64,000 nt of DNA from Octopus bimaculoides (Eukaryota). A program made the translations under genes and the position numbers. The notes under the pieces are model-generated. The model was given only the letters and a program-made list of their open reading frames with translations. It was not told the DNA's origin and ran no database searches. This document shows, one piece after another, positions 37,959 to 51,476 of this stretch; the first letter of the stretch is position 1; each line of letters starts with the position of its first letter. Location: NCBI RefSeq assembly GCF_001194135.2, contig NC_068987.1, positions 92,596,352 to 92,660,351 on the forward strand. Direction: 5' to 3'.

Positions 37959-38554
37959 CTTATTTCTTTATATGTGAAATTTCATGACATTACCAAAATA
38001 TAGACATAAATTATTCATTATATAGCGGTGTCTCTTTTCCGCTTAAATTTTAGCAACAGGCATTACAATTTCAGAGACACTGTCTATGATCTATGTTTAT
38101 ATTCAGATACTTAAAAACAAGTGCCTCGTTTATAAACAAATGGATCCTGTAGGCGATGACATTTCGAAGCAAAGAGGTGAAATCGCAGATTATAGTCCGT
38201 AAAATATGCATGTGTGTGTATACTAATAAACATATACAGACTTCTAAATTACACTTTAATACATAGACATACACACTATATGCATACGTATTATATATAC
38301 ATATATATAATATAAATCAGTGTACGTTTTTATACTCAAAAGACGTGACCTTAACAGGACACCTTACATGCTGGAAAGGGCAGTCAAAGCCCAGACCACG
38401 AATAAGAGTAATTTCAAACGAATGAAGAATAAAGACATTTCAATAGTTATCCTTATACTCGAGTTTCGACATCAATGTTCAAATAAAATAATTTGCCATC
38501 CATGCATCATCAGTAAGGGCACTAAAATTCACGTATATTTATAAGAGAGGTCAT

Positions 38555-38677
38555 AGCTTTGCTCGGGCCGAGATTATAATAGAAGATATTTGCCCAAGAA
38601 GCCACGCAGTGGGACTGAACCCGGAAACATGTGGTTGGTAAGCAAGCTTCTTAACACATAGCCAATGCTGCGCCTAT
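38555..38677 (-). mobile_element. 5' half of an OR-type CORE-like SINE
   Basis: Reverse complement AGGCGCAGCATTGGCT...GCTTGCTTACCAACCACATGTTTCCGGGTTCAGTCCCACTGCGTGGC. Confidence 0.85.
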
Positions 38678-38713
38678 TATATGTGTATGTATGTATGTAT
38701 GTATGTATGTAAG

Positions 38714-38752
<39 letters not shown>

Positions 38753-39376
38753 ACACATACACATATACATCCACGTACACTCATGACTGCATACGGATAT
38801 ATATGCATAATTATGCATTTTCTCCATACATACTCGTACATAACTGAACCAGAAATCGAGTAGAAAGTGTAAACGAATATGACATATTGAAGGGAATCTT
38901 GTTTATAAATGAATGTGAGAATAATCTCTCATTATGTGTATCAATGGATGATATCACCATAGATAATACAGAATAATGTGTATATAATTGCACATGATAC
39001 ATCCTACATATTTCTCCTTTTTCAATTCATGTGACGTCAATATTTATGTGTGCGTGTATGTATGTATGTATGTATGTATGTACGTGTTTTCCTTTTATGC
39101 TTTTCTTGAAATATATATATATATATTCTTCTATGTTTTCCTGGTGTTGGAAACGTACTTGTGAGTTTTACGCTGGTTTGTGGGCGTGTACTCATGTGTA
39201 CGTTTGACAGCGTGCCTCTATAACTATATATTGAATACCGTTCTATCTCTGGTTCTGTTTTTCTCTGTGTACCTCTATCTCATAATAATGCCTTCTAGCA
39301 AATACAATAAGGTTTGAACATACATCGTACCAGTTTCGATCTAGCACTGTGGCACATTGCATATATATTTTAGCAT

Positions 39377-39750
39377 AGGCGCAGGAGTGGCTGCGTAGTA
39401 AGTATCTTGCTTACCAACCACATGGTGCCGGGTTCAGTCCCACTACGTGGCACCTTGGAAAAATGTCTTCTACTTTAGCGTCGGGCCGACGAAAGCCTTG
39501 TGAGTAGATTTCGTAGACGGAGACTGAAAGAAGCCCATCGTATATATGTATATGTGTGTGTATTTGTGTCTCTTTGTCCTCATCCCAAGATCGCTTGACA
39601 ACCGATGCTGGTTTGTTTATGTCCTCGTAACTTAGCGGTTCGGCAAAAGAGACCGATAGAATAAGTACTGGGGTCGATTTGCTCGACTAAAGGTGGTGCT
39701 CCAGCAGGACCGCAGTCAAATGACTGAAACAATTAAGAGAGTAAAAAAGA
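39377..39750 (+). mobile_element. Near full-length OR-type CORE-like SINE
   Basis: AGGCGCAGGAGTGGCT head, B box GGGTTCAGTCCC, core-like segment, internal (TA)/(TG) tract, A-rich tail. Confidence 0.9.
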
Positions 39751-41799
39751 ATAGTGCTGATGAAGCAAATCCTGGGTAAAATATACTTGTTGCAGTATTG
39801 TTTGTTTTTCCCCCTCTACTTTCTATGTCTTCTCCATTTCCTGTGTTTTATTATTAGGTTCATAATATAATAATGCACCAGAACACAGTGGTTGGTATAA
39901 TTGCCTCACTTAAAACAGTACACATATTTAATTACATACAGAAACCCACGAATATATATTAACATTTTCCTCTCCGGTATTTCTATTCAAAGTAAACTTT
40001 AACCGTTATTATTTCTAGAATTATAGAATGGACTTTTTGAATGTAAGCAGAAAGCACTCGTTTTATCAATTATTGTCCTTTTATATTTTTCGCAACAACG
40101 ATATAGAATCTCATATATTTATTCCACTTCCAGTTAAATATTTCTACAAATATTTTCAACAGTTCGAATCTCTTTTTGAAATGAAAATATATTTCAATAT
40201 AATCTCATTCTTCTCTCAAAATTCTTCCATCTACGTAGCACATCTTAGCTTCGGAAGTTTTCCTATTTAGAAAACTCTTTTCATAACTTTACGATTTACT
40301 CGAATATGTTTTATCGCATATATCAACACAAATAATCTCCGAACGACACGAATGTTTATTAAATGTTCTCTCCTTTACAGTTCTATATTTAAAAGATGAA
40401 GAATTATGTACATTATTTACATTGTCTACATTTGAAGGATATTTGTCTTCATCTTGTTTGTTGGCAGTGTAGAAAAATTTTCTCATATAAAGCTGCAGTG
40501 AACATTCATAAAATAATACCATTGTATGTCCGATATTTCCGCAAAAATAAAACTTTAAATAAAATTTCATAAAGAAATACATACCACCATTGTTGATAAA
40601 ATAATCTAGAAATTATGTAAAAAAACATTCTTACATGGTCTATTTTATAATGAATTATCATACATCTGACGTAGATCCTGTCTGAGCAAGTAACATATAC
40701 AGTACCACAATAACGCCAAAACACAGAAGCTAAGCTGACGATGGAGACCGGATGTTGTTGCATCAGACAGAACCTTTTCTCCTGTATGTAGCGTGTCAAT
40801 GTTGTCAAAATTATTTTAAACAATTGAAAAAAAAAGACTAGACTTAAAATGGGAACTTTTGTCCAAGTAGAATGAGTGAATTAAATAGATACAATATTCT
40901 GCATCCTAAATCAAAATGTTGGAAACTAATTCTGAGTACGTGAATTGTATTGCACAAACAGAATACATATTTGAGTTGAAGAGAAACAATGTGATGAGAG
41001 AAAAATGAAACAACACATAAATAACAGGATATTTTCTCAAGTAGACTCGAAACAACAGAAATATAAATAGATCTGTATTTAGCTGGGGAACTAAGAAATC
41101 AATAAGACATATGCAGCATAGTGCTGTCTTCCGACATAAACGCTATTGTAGTAAGAACACTAATAAATCTGTTAAGCAGATTAATATGAACTGGAAGTTT
41201 AAATTAAATGGCAAATTTGCAGAAAACAGACGAACAATATTTGGTTAGTAGGCCATTGAATAAATTACTAAACGATCAGCAAATGACCATTCTAAACGCG
41301 ATACACAAACAATAGATTGTTACATTGTGCTGGTCAGAAGACAAAATACATTTCGGACACAAACACATATCTTCTAAGTGGTGTTGATATCCTTCACGTT
41401 AAAAGAATAGTAACCACTAAAACTTCTAGAATTTGTAAAAGCTTCGTCGAAGCACAATTGCTTTTCTGCTTATCGACTATCAAAGTCGACCATTAAATGA
41501 AAGCCGAAAATGGCGTGTGGATATTCCAATTAAGACGGTAAACAACGACTACTACGATCGATATCACCTCACTGACGACAACATCGATAGTAATAGGAAC
41601 AGGCAGACCTTACATAGGTGACAATGCGATAGTTATAACAACAAAAACGATTGTTTCGATGACTATATCAATGCAAAATCAGAGCAAAATGTAGCCACAC
41701 ATATCAAAATGACGAATATATTAGAATATCCCCACCCCCGCAAAACAAAACAAAAAAGAACAAAAGCAGTAAACTGATGCAAACTAAGTGGGGCCGATG

Positions 41800-42036
41800 A
41801 TATACTTCCTTCCTTATTGCCAACAAGGGGCTAGACATAGAGGGGACAAACCAGGACAGACAAAGGGATTAAGTCAATTCCATCGACCCCAGTGCATAGC
41901 TGGTACTTTATTTATCGACCCTGAAAGGATGAAAAGCAAAGTCGACCTCGGCGGAATGTGAACTCAGAACGTAATGGTAGACGAAATACCGCTAAGCATT
42001 TCGTCCGTCGTGCTAACGTTTCTGCTAGCTCACCGA
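41800..42036 (-). mobile_element. OK-like SINE, tail type 2
   Basis: Reverse complement of the 21919-22150 type over its full length. Confidence 0.9.
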
Positions 42037-42884
42037 TAGTATTCTACGAAGCAAGAAGTAAATAACGGACATCTATAAATGTCAGCTACGCAATGGTAGT
42101 GAATATCTCATGTAGAAAACGGAACACCTGCAGCTAGTTGTGCAGGGTGGATAAGGTCTGCAGATTAGATAAGACCTGCACAGTGCATAAGATCAGCAGA
42201 AACCGTTGATAAGAAAACATAGAAAGAAAACTGTTAGCTTCTTCATGCAAACTGAGTGTGTTATGGGGAAATAATTTATCGTAGGAAATTACACTTCTTT
42301 TATTCTTCTTCAATTCAACATTTAAATCCTTCGCACCACGATGTGAACTGCTATCTGCCAAACTTCCCCCTCCCGACGAAGGAAGGCGGTATTAGGCTCA
42401 CATATCTGCATCAATCTCTCGGATGCGTATTTAGGATTTTTTGCACATTTCATCAGCTCTTCATTAATATTACAATTATTACGTAATTCCGAACTCCCAA
42501 AGACAGCTGGTATATATATGTACTTATATTCGGAATACATTTAGTCTTTCTAACTCACTTTATATTCCTATAAATACATTTGCGTGTATATATATATTTA
42601 TACACATCAAGTTTAATTGTGTTTATCTGCATCTCTCCCCCCTCTCTCCCCCTCTCCCCCTCTNNNNNNNNNNNNNNNNNNNNNNNNNNNNNNNNNNNNN
42701 NNNNNNNNNNNNNNNNNNNNNNNNNNNNNNNNNNNNNNNNNNNNNNNNNNNNNNNNNNNNNNNNNNNNNNNNNNNNNNNNNNNNNNNNNNNNNNNNCATA
42801 TATATATATATGTGTGTGTGTGTATATATATATGTATATATATATATGTGTGTGTGTGTGTATGTGTGTGTGTGTGTATACAGA

Positions 42885-43060
42885 CGACGAGATGGCAGAA
42901 GCGTTACCACTTTGGTCTAAATGCTTAGTGCCATTTCGCCAAGGTAGTTTTCCCCATTCATTAGTTATGTGGGGAATACGACAAATAGAATTTGAGTTGT
43001 AGGGTTGACGTAACTCACGTGCCTCTTGCCCCAATATTCCTGGCCTTGTTCGACTATATG
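42885..43060 (+). mobile_element. Degenerate OK-like SINE
   Basis: GAGATGGCAGAAGCGTTACCAC...AAATGCTTAG head and CCCCAATATTCCTGGCCTTG tail. Confidence 0.5.
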
Positions 43061-43839
43061 TACACATATCCATAGATGTGCATGTGTATAACTGTATATA
43101 TATATATATATGTATGTATATAATCGTACGTTTATGCGTCGGCCGATGCATATGTTTGTACACTTGAATGTAAATTATGTGAATACATCAATTTCAATAT
43201 ATAATTTACGCTCGCATATGCAGTTTCTGAGATTTCATTTATGTGCCTATATATCGAGCATTGACGTAGTAAAAAATGAATATGCAAATAAAAGTGAAAC
43301 CTAAATTGAGATCTGAGAAATACGGGAAAAAAGTACTGAAATAAAAAAGACAGTTGATTCATGCATTTCTTGTTTGCGCTAGAGAAAAGTCATACCAATC
43401 TTCTTCGCAATTAAATATACATAAAGAATGATAAACCAGCAAAGATATATTTTCCTGAGTCAGGTACGAAGGAATGCCATGATACCATGAATAAATATAC
43501 ATAAAGCTTCACAAATTGATATACATATATGAATGCATGTCAACAACGGCGCCGTAATGTGGTTTTTTTCTGTAGCACACGTATGTACATAGATATAGTC
43601 TTTATGCGAACATACGTAATGCACTCGCTACACTCATACAGCTACACGTATACATACATATACAGATTCTATTCACAGAAACATGTATGNNNNNNNNNNN
43701 NNNNNNNNNNNNNNNNNNNNNNNNNNNNNNNNNNNNNNNNNNNNNNNNNNNNNNNNNNNNNNNNNNNNNNNNNNNNNNNNNNNNNNNNNNNNNNNNNNNN
43801 NNNNNNNNNNNNNNNNNNNNNNNNNNNNNNNNNNNNNNN

Positions 43840-43883
<44 letters not shown>

Positions 43884-43977
43884 GCACACACACATACATA
43901 CGCACACGCACAAATATATATGCATACATTTATATATGTTTATGCATGAGTGTGGATACAGACTGATATATATATAT

Positions 43978-44016
<39 letters not shown>

Positions 44017-44284
44017 TATATACATATATATGCATATATACAGATCTCTATGTATATGCGAACTCTATTCACGTGCAAAAGCACATATTTCCCAATTGTG
44101 GCTATATGCAATAAGTTTGTATACGTTTGAGAATGTGATTGACTTTTTGTCTTTTAATAATCCCAGGAAATCGATATTTAGAAGTAATGAGATAACATTT
44201 AACAGCAAACCTATATTTATCAAGGTATATTATCATTTTATGATTATCGATATATTCCGTCACCGACGTAATTTAGGAGACTAG

Positions 44285-44880
44285 TGAATGTATTCATGTT
44301 AAATTAGCCGAACGACTGTGGTTGTCTGTAACGATGATAAAGAAGGTTATGATCATGGGGAGGGGGTGGGTAGATGAAGATAATGATTTTGATCGTTGTA
44401 GTGGTTATGGCGGTGATGTTAATTTAGTTGATTTTAATTTGATCTTATGAAACGTCGCATAATTTATTTCAGCAATCATTCCTTTCATTGCATTCTTAAC
44501 GTGTTGTTTGTGATAATTGTTGTCGTTTACCGTGTCATCTTCGAAACTATCGTGCTCGCAATCATCAGTAATACCAGCAGCGCCACCTTCTCCACTATCA
44601 GTGCCACACACATCAACTGTACCTCTAAACCACAAGAATCAATGTCGTCATCATGAATACCGTTGTTATCCTCAACGCCACAACTTCCTTGGCAAAACAA
44701 TTATTTAACAATAGTATAATTCTCGCCTCTCTTTTTATCACCAGCGTCATTAGTTTCACTGATATCATCAATGTCATCATCATTGCCATCACCGTCATCA
44801 TATTCCTTATCGACGTTAGCAGCAACAGTAGCCGCAGCAGCAGTGTTAAGGTCATCACAGTAATTTCACAATATTTCAGC
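44285..44880. repeat. Old degenerate trinucleotide low-complexity tract (GAT/CAT/CAC/CAG)
   Basis: 3-bp periodicity with many substitutions; explains the overlapping short ORFs. Confidence 0.75.
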
Positions 44881-44941
44881 TGATAATAAATGGTGAAACA
44901 TACCAGACGAATGTTGTGTTCTCAATTTCCCTGCATAATAG

Positions 44942-45098
44942 GAAAGTCGACGTTTGTCTGAGAAAGGAGATAGAGAGGTATCTTCGTATGTCTTTGTGTA
45001 TAATGTGTCAAAGAGCAAATTATGCTCAGGTCAGCGCTTTGCTGGATTCTTGCTCACATTCCTTCAAATCATTATTCCAAAACTTGCATCAGTTACCG
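44942..45098 (+). other. Candidate host exon (unidentified)
   Basis: Pyrimidine tract + TAG acceptor, CCG|GTATGT donor, 157 nt, two frames open. Confidence 0.25.
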
Positions 45099-45689
45099 GT
45101 ATGTAACAACTTTTCTTTATTTGGAGAAGACACAGTGATCACTCGTTTCATTGAATGATGTTATTGTTTTACACTTGCTGTTTAGTACGGCTTTCAACGT
45201 AGAACATTAGCAACATTTTGTAATTGATATACTAACATATCCATCCACAACAACTTGAGTTTTTTTTTTAATTGGAGGATGTTTGACGAAGTTTTGCTTA
45301 CGATTTCTGGTATTTCGTATTTTCATGTTAAAACATTCCTTGTGATTTCGGGCTTAGACGGATAAAATACGTTGATAAGCAGCTTGAATATTAGTAGGCT
45401 GATAGCTGGAGAACACATTGTGAGTTGCAGCAGGTGAATGAGATGCTGTTTAAAAAGAAAATTAATTTGGGGATATGTAAGGAATTGTGAGGTAAATTTG
45501 ATTATTTTAAAAACGAAAACGCGAAGGGCATGTTGAGTGTAGTTAAGAGTGTAAAGTACATTGCTTCTCTTAAAATAAAGAAGCTATTACATTTCCTGTA
45601 GGTGCAGGAGATGGAGGAATGGGTAAAAATACTCGTGAAATTAGTTATTATTGTCTAAATTTTGTTTGCACTTTACAGTACTGAGGCAG

Positions 45690-45818
45690 CACATAGGGTA
45701 CAGTCATAACCGTGGCAGAAGATTTGCTTCCCAATGACATAGGTTCGATTTCATACACAATTCGAGCCGACCAAATCCTTCCAAATGGATTTGGCAGAGG
45801 GAGAATGAAAGCAGCTCA

Positions 45819-45849
<31 letters not shown>

Positions 45850-46185
45850 NNNNNNNNNNNNNNNNNNNNNNNNNNNNNNNNNNNNNNNNNNNNNNNNNNN
45901 NNNNNNNNNNNNNNNNNNNNNNNNATATATGTGTGTGTGTTTGTGTGTTTGTATGCATGTGAGTGTGTCTTGGTATCGGCGTTCGTTCACCATCTGTGCT
46001 TGACAAGTGAGGTTGGTGTGTTTACGTTGTATATCATGGAGGCTCGGCAAAAGTGATCGACAGAATGAATAAGAAAGAAGCTTTAAAATTTTAGTACAGG
46101 GGTCAATTCGTTTGAAAGAAATTCTTCAAAGTGTTGTCCCGGCAAGACCGCTGGTTGATGACTGAAATAAGTAAAAATAAAAAGA
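45690..46185 (+). mobile_element. Degenerate OR-type SINE spanning an internal (TA)n/gap
   Basis: 5' part CGAGCCGACCAAATCC...GGATTTGGCAGA before the gap; 3' part CTTGACAAG..GGTGTGTTTACG...GACTGAAATAAGTAAAAATAAAAAGA after it. Confidence 0.7.
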
Positions 46186-47148
46186 TCGAGTTCTACCATT
46201 CGCTTTAGATTGTTATTGATTTTCAGGGACAGTGTATCTTTATCAAACATTACATTAAGTATGTGTCAAGTTTTAAGACATTTGTACACGTGTCAAGAGA
46301 AAATTGTCTTCCGTTTCCATGAAGGGAAATAACTGCGTAGAACTTGTCTCGTTAGTTTATGGTGCAGTTGATATACAAACCTGTTAGCTGTAACACTTGC
46401 AACCGACTGATTTTTTAGAAGAAGCCTACGATGTTTCTATATACGACATTATCATCATCATAGAACTAATATTATTTTTGGAACTGTATAGCTTTAACGC
46501 TTTTTCCTTAATTGTGAGAACCTCAAGGAATTCTCTGGCCATAAAGATGAAGTTGTTTCATTAAGATTTAAATTTCACAGTATAATATGCATCTTATATA
46601 CATTTAACTGTGTGTGTATACGTGCATACGCATGTGACTGTGAGTGACAATGTATATTTATACGTGCGTGTGATCCATTTTTTTTTATATCTTAGGTGCA
46701 CGTGTGAAAAGCAGAATCTCATAAATCACTATAGGTTAGAGTATCTACGGATAGCTGCAAAAACTTCCACTTGATAGAATGTTAAGTAATCATTGGGATA
46801 TAACCAGAGGCAAACGAAATATTCATAATTGCAAACTAATAGGATGACGACTGTGATAGGTAGGGTTATATCTTCAGGCAATATGCACAATTAAATACGA
46901 AGCAATATATGTTCCCCACTGAAATATTAGTGGTTTGTCGAATTTTGTGTGTATGGAGATAGTTAATATAATATATACGCATATGTATATAGCTGTAAGC
47001 ATAGAATCATACACAGACAACCCATAAGACACACACAGACACACATTATATTTTAATGTAGTATTGATATGTATATATAACATACGTAAGCGTATATACT
47101 TTATATATTTGTATATGCATATTACTATAGATCTAGATATTTATACAC

Positions 47149-47181
<33 letters not shown>

Positions 47182-47503
47182 CACACATTATACGCACATA
47201 TATGTGTATGCCTATATGTGTATATATATAAGTATACACACACAAATATATATCATACATATATATATATACAATACTCATTCAAACACACACACAAGAC
47301 TATATGTCGTTAACCATGAAACGTAAAGATACAATCGTTACATCAATTATTGAGTTGTGCTGTGTTATAACTGGTTTCATTTAAAAGAAATAGTTTACCT
47401 CTTTTGAATTTGATAATTTAGCTTAACTACAGACTTATAAACAACTACGTACTTTGTTTCCAGTGGATATATTACTTTAAATATTCTAATAACTACCAAT
47501 TCT

Positions 47504-47726
47504 TTTTTACTCAAGTCACAAGGCCCGAAATTTCGGGGAAAGGGGGAGGAGGGGGGGCTAGTCGATTACATCGAGCCCAGTACGCAACTGGTACTTAATT
47601 TATCGACCCCGAAAGGATGAAAGGCAAAGTCGACCTCGGCGGAATTTGAACTCAGAACATAAAGACAGACGAAATACTGGTGAGCATTTCACGCGGCGTG
47701 CTAACGCTTCCGGCAGATCGCTGCCT
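47504..47726 (-). mobile_element. OK-like SINE with 17-bp target-site duplication
   Basis: Full-length reverse copy; TAATAACTACCAATTCT (47487-47503) vs TAATAATTACCAATTCT (47727-47743). Confidence 0.92.
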
Positions 47727-49663
47727 TAATAATTACCAATTCTGGATGAGGAATGGTATTAATTAGGCGGTGTGAACTTCTGGCCGGTAAGAATTCAGTC
47801 GAATGCTAGAATAATTTCACTGAAATTTAAGACAATCGAGATTTGAAATCTGATGGTAAAATATTGTTACTTCCGATTGCAGGATATTTTTACCTAGAAA
47901 TCCTGTGCAGGCAACTCAGACTACATTTTCGCTTTCTGATACAGCCTCGCTCTCTTTCCTCTTACATGTGCATATTTAAAAATGCATATCAATTGACAGG
48001 GCTCCAACTACATTCCCTAAATAATGTTGTAGTGAATAGTGAAGGAATTACATAAATACCGCCGAATGTCCTCCACAGTACATCGAACAAGAAGGAAAAC
48101 AGGACGAGTAGGCGAAAGCATCTTCTGACACCTAAACCTGAATGTTTGATGGGGACGACGAAAACAAACAAAAAAAGGGGCTATAATTTGCTTAGTCAAA
48201 AATAATAACTACAATAACAACAAAAAGACAACATAAACAACATCGTGAAAAAATACAATGGCAGGAAACTGAGAAATTCAGTGTCAATCAGAAAGGAAAG
48301 GAAGACTGTCCAACAGCAGCAGGAGAAAGCGATGACTCTAAGTGGAAATCCTCACTGGCGAGTCGTTCATCGATACCACTCTGCGAAAGTGAACGAGGAA
48401 GAGAAGGATTAAATACGCTTAAGAAGAGACACGACCTTCAGTTAAGATAAAGTAAATAACCCAAGAAAAGTCAATGGAGAGTTTTATGAGGCAAGCCACT
48501 TAAATATGTATGTCATATACAAAAAACACAAAGGTTGGTGTAACTTTCCACTTTTTCTTATGATTTGTTTTAAATATTGTTATATTTGGGGAAGGTCGTA
48601 TTTTTGCAAATTAACCACATTCACTGTATATCTTCATTACAGCTTTATTATTATTCATATTTTAGTATCATTTGTCTGGAATCTTTCGTCACACATCCTA
48701 TGACCTCTTCAGTAACTCTCCCTCCCACGTGTCTCCTGTCCTGTTCAGTTCATTTTTTTGTTTGAGATAGCTTTAATAAATAGACCGTAATATATCAGCA
48801 TGACTGTTGTATGGTAACGTGGACACCTACACATTCACGGCTACGGGAACAGGGAAAATAAGACAACTTCAGGAAAAAAAAGCATCGGCCAATACCACCA
48901 CCACCATGCCGATGTGTATAGATCCTTTGGGGAGTATTAATTGATTTTAAAAACTTAACGTTTCTTCAAAATTAAGATAAGGTTTCGCAAAAGGAATATT
49001 GTTGAAGGCTTTTAGAAAAATACCTACAAAAAGGCCTCTGACATCTTGAGCCTGCTCTCTTCGTAAAAGATGAACTATTAAAAACAGAGCCATATTGCCA
49101 GCAAAAGAGGCGGAATTCACAATAACAGAAACGAAACTATGAAGCACAAACGAAAGATAACAACAAAATGCCAATAATGATAATAACAAAACCAGCAGTA
49201 AAATTACCATCAATAAGAATGGCACCAGAGCACAAGAATACCCGGTGACACTGACGTCACTAATATTGTCCCTGCAATTCGAACCCAATTCTATCGTAGG
49301 GATAAATATCAGTATCATGCATCTCAACATCTGGGTATGAATTTCTACACGTAAATGTGAAAAATGGGTGATTAGAGATGGGTACCCAGAATGGAATCTG
49401 GGTGTTACCCCTTTCGGATTTACCGTTGAGTGTGGGTTGTTATTCCTGGATACAGACAGCTGCGGTGTCTTGTCTCAGCATTACATAAGTGGCAGATAGG
49501 ATATCTAACCTACGTCTCCCTAAGGAGCCATTGGCGAGATGGAGAATGTTTGCCCCAACATTTGGTGACGGATCCCGGCAAATGTCGTGAGGTGTTCGGG
49601 AAGAGGGAAAAATGACAATTTCAGGAAAAAATGATAGTCCAATGACCACAATCATCGCTACTG

Positions 49664-49964
49664 GACTATCGTCTCTTCGACTCCATGACAGAGAGTTTGA
49701 GAAGCAAACATTATTCCAGTGACGAGGAAGTGAAAACTGTTGTGAAGAAGTGACTCAAAGAAGAGTCAACAGCATTTTACGGAGCAGAGATACATGCTCT
49801 CATTCGAAGGTGGAACATTGCTATTGAAAGAAATGGTGATTATGTTGAGAAGTAGAGATGTGATCTACAGAGGACCACCTTCATTATGATGTATGATACA
49901 TGTTCCTGTGCTGGTAATTATACCTGTCCTAAACAAAATAGTATTACTTTTTGACTCACCTTCG
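49664..49964 (+). mobile_element. Mariner transposon 3' end (transposase C-terminus + right TIR)
   Basis: DYRLFDSMTESLRSKHYSSDEEVKTVVKK*LKEESTAFY...IRRWNIAIERNGDYVEK*; ends TTACTTTTTGACTCACCTTCG|TA, a mariner-type TIR plus TA. Confidence 0.92.
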
Positions 49965-50112
49965 TACATTGGTTGCGTCTTCACCAATAAAAGGGAAAGT
50001 AGAAAACACCATAGCTTTTAACTTCTGTCAATTTAGAGAATTTCTTCCGATGTAACCTGAAGCGCTTGTAATACTTAACTTGAGGGAATATTTAGTCCAC
50101 ATTTATTTTTTC

Positions 50113-50151
<39 letters not shown>

Positions 50152-50639
50152 TGTTTGTATGTACGTATAGAAAGATATATACGTGTGCTCTCTTATGGAT
50201 TATCACCTGTGGCAAAGAAATGCTGTTATGTTTGACAAAATACTCGCACATATATTTTTGTTGCATCTCGAATAGATCTAAAAGTTGTATTACCTCATTT
50301 TATATTAAAGGAAGCTTAACCTTCACACAACTGCTATACAAAGTCTTTTCTACAGCGTATGTGTCGTTAACAGCTATTGTCGTAATTAACGTAGTTTCAT
50401 TCACGATAAAATATTTAAGTATTTGGAATATATTTTAAATGTTGTTTTCTTATCTGTTAATTTTCACTGTGGAGTTGTATATTTAGTGCATATATATAGA
50501 AGAGAAAGAAGAAACGAAGAAGAAAGAGGTAGATGATGTAAAGGGAGAAGACATGAAAGTTAATCAGTGTTTGAGTAAAAAGTGAACATGAGGCCTGTGA
50601 TGGAGATCAGTGGGAGAAAAACAAAGAATATTTAATATT

Positions 50640-50745
50640 GATTTCAAATTTTGGCACAAGGCAAGTAATTTAAAGGGAGGGGGGCTCATCGAATACGTTA
50701 ATCCTAGTGCTCAAATGGTACTTATTTTATCAATCCAGAAAGGAT
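50640..50745 (-). mobile_element. Degenerate OK-like SINE 3' part
   Basis: GGCACAAGG...GGGAGGGGGG...GGTACTTATTTTATCAATCCAGAAAGGAT. Confidence 0.55.
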
Positions 50746-51193
50746 ATTTAATATTACAGGTAAAAAGTAAACAAATAGCCTGAAAGCCATTTTGATCTTT
50801 ATTCCATTAAATGAATAACATCGTTAGAATTAGTTCATTCTATTTCATGGAGTGAGAAGAAGGTTTAATGGATTTCTTCGTATATATCTTAAGGCTTATA
50901 TTCTTGGTGAAAATTGAACTTAAAGTTGAAAATAGCTGGTACCCCGATTTCATGCAAGGTCTACAATTGTGAGGTAACTTGATACATACCACCAAGANNN
51001 NNNNNNNNNNNNNNNNNNNNNNNNNNNNNNNNNNNNNNNNNNNNNNNNNNNNNNNNNNNNNNNNNNNNNNNNNNNNNNNNNNNNNNNNNNNNNNNNNNNN
51101 NNNNNNNNNNNNNNNNNNNATATATATATTAAAAATAGGGAAGGCGGGTTTATGGGTTTACCTTAGGTTTTCCGTCGATAAAGGGATTAGCTT

Positions 51194-51476
51194 CATGGCG
51201 TATCATCATAATCCAAAAATCCTGTTCACCCGTGACCTCTTCAAAATATGGAGCGAGAAATTCCTCACTACTCAAAGGTAACAATTGGAGATTATCTCCC
51301 TTTGTTATTGGCTATCGACGTCCGGCTGTGCTGCCATCGATAACCGGAAGTCGACAGCCAATAGCAAAGGGAGATAATCTCCAGTTATTACTTTTGAGTT
51401 GTGAGGAAATTTCCCCCTCCTTATTTTGAAGAGGTCATGGGCCAACAGGTTTTTGGGGATCTAAGGATTCACCATA
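51194..51476. mobile_element. Palindromic (foldback) non-autonomous element
   Basis: Core arms 51233-51325 and 51344-51437 are reverse complements with 10 substitutions and 1 indel around an 18-nt loop; weaker similarity extends about 40 bp further on each side. Confidence 0.85.

Noticed and set aside
40290-40800. HTGEK and DICDKTYSSKS on the minus strand, suggesting a C2H2 zinc finger
   Set aside because: About 400 bp apart, with no complete Cx2Cx12Hx3H unit and no tandem periodicity.
45000-45060. CSGQRFA resembling the P450 heme-binding motif
   Set aside because: Lacks the upstream FxxGxRxC signature.
49380-49620. CA|TTTGGTGACGG resembling an LTR end plus primer-binding site
   Set aside because: No convincing tRNA 3' complement, no second LTR and no gag/pol.
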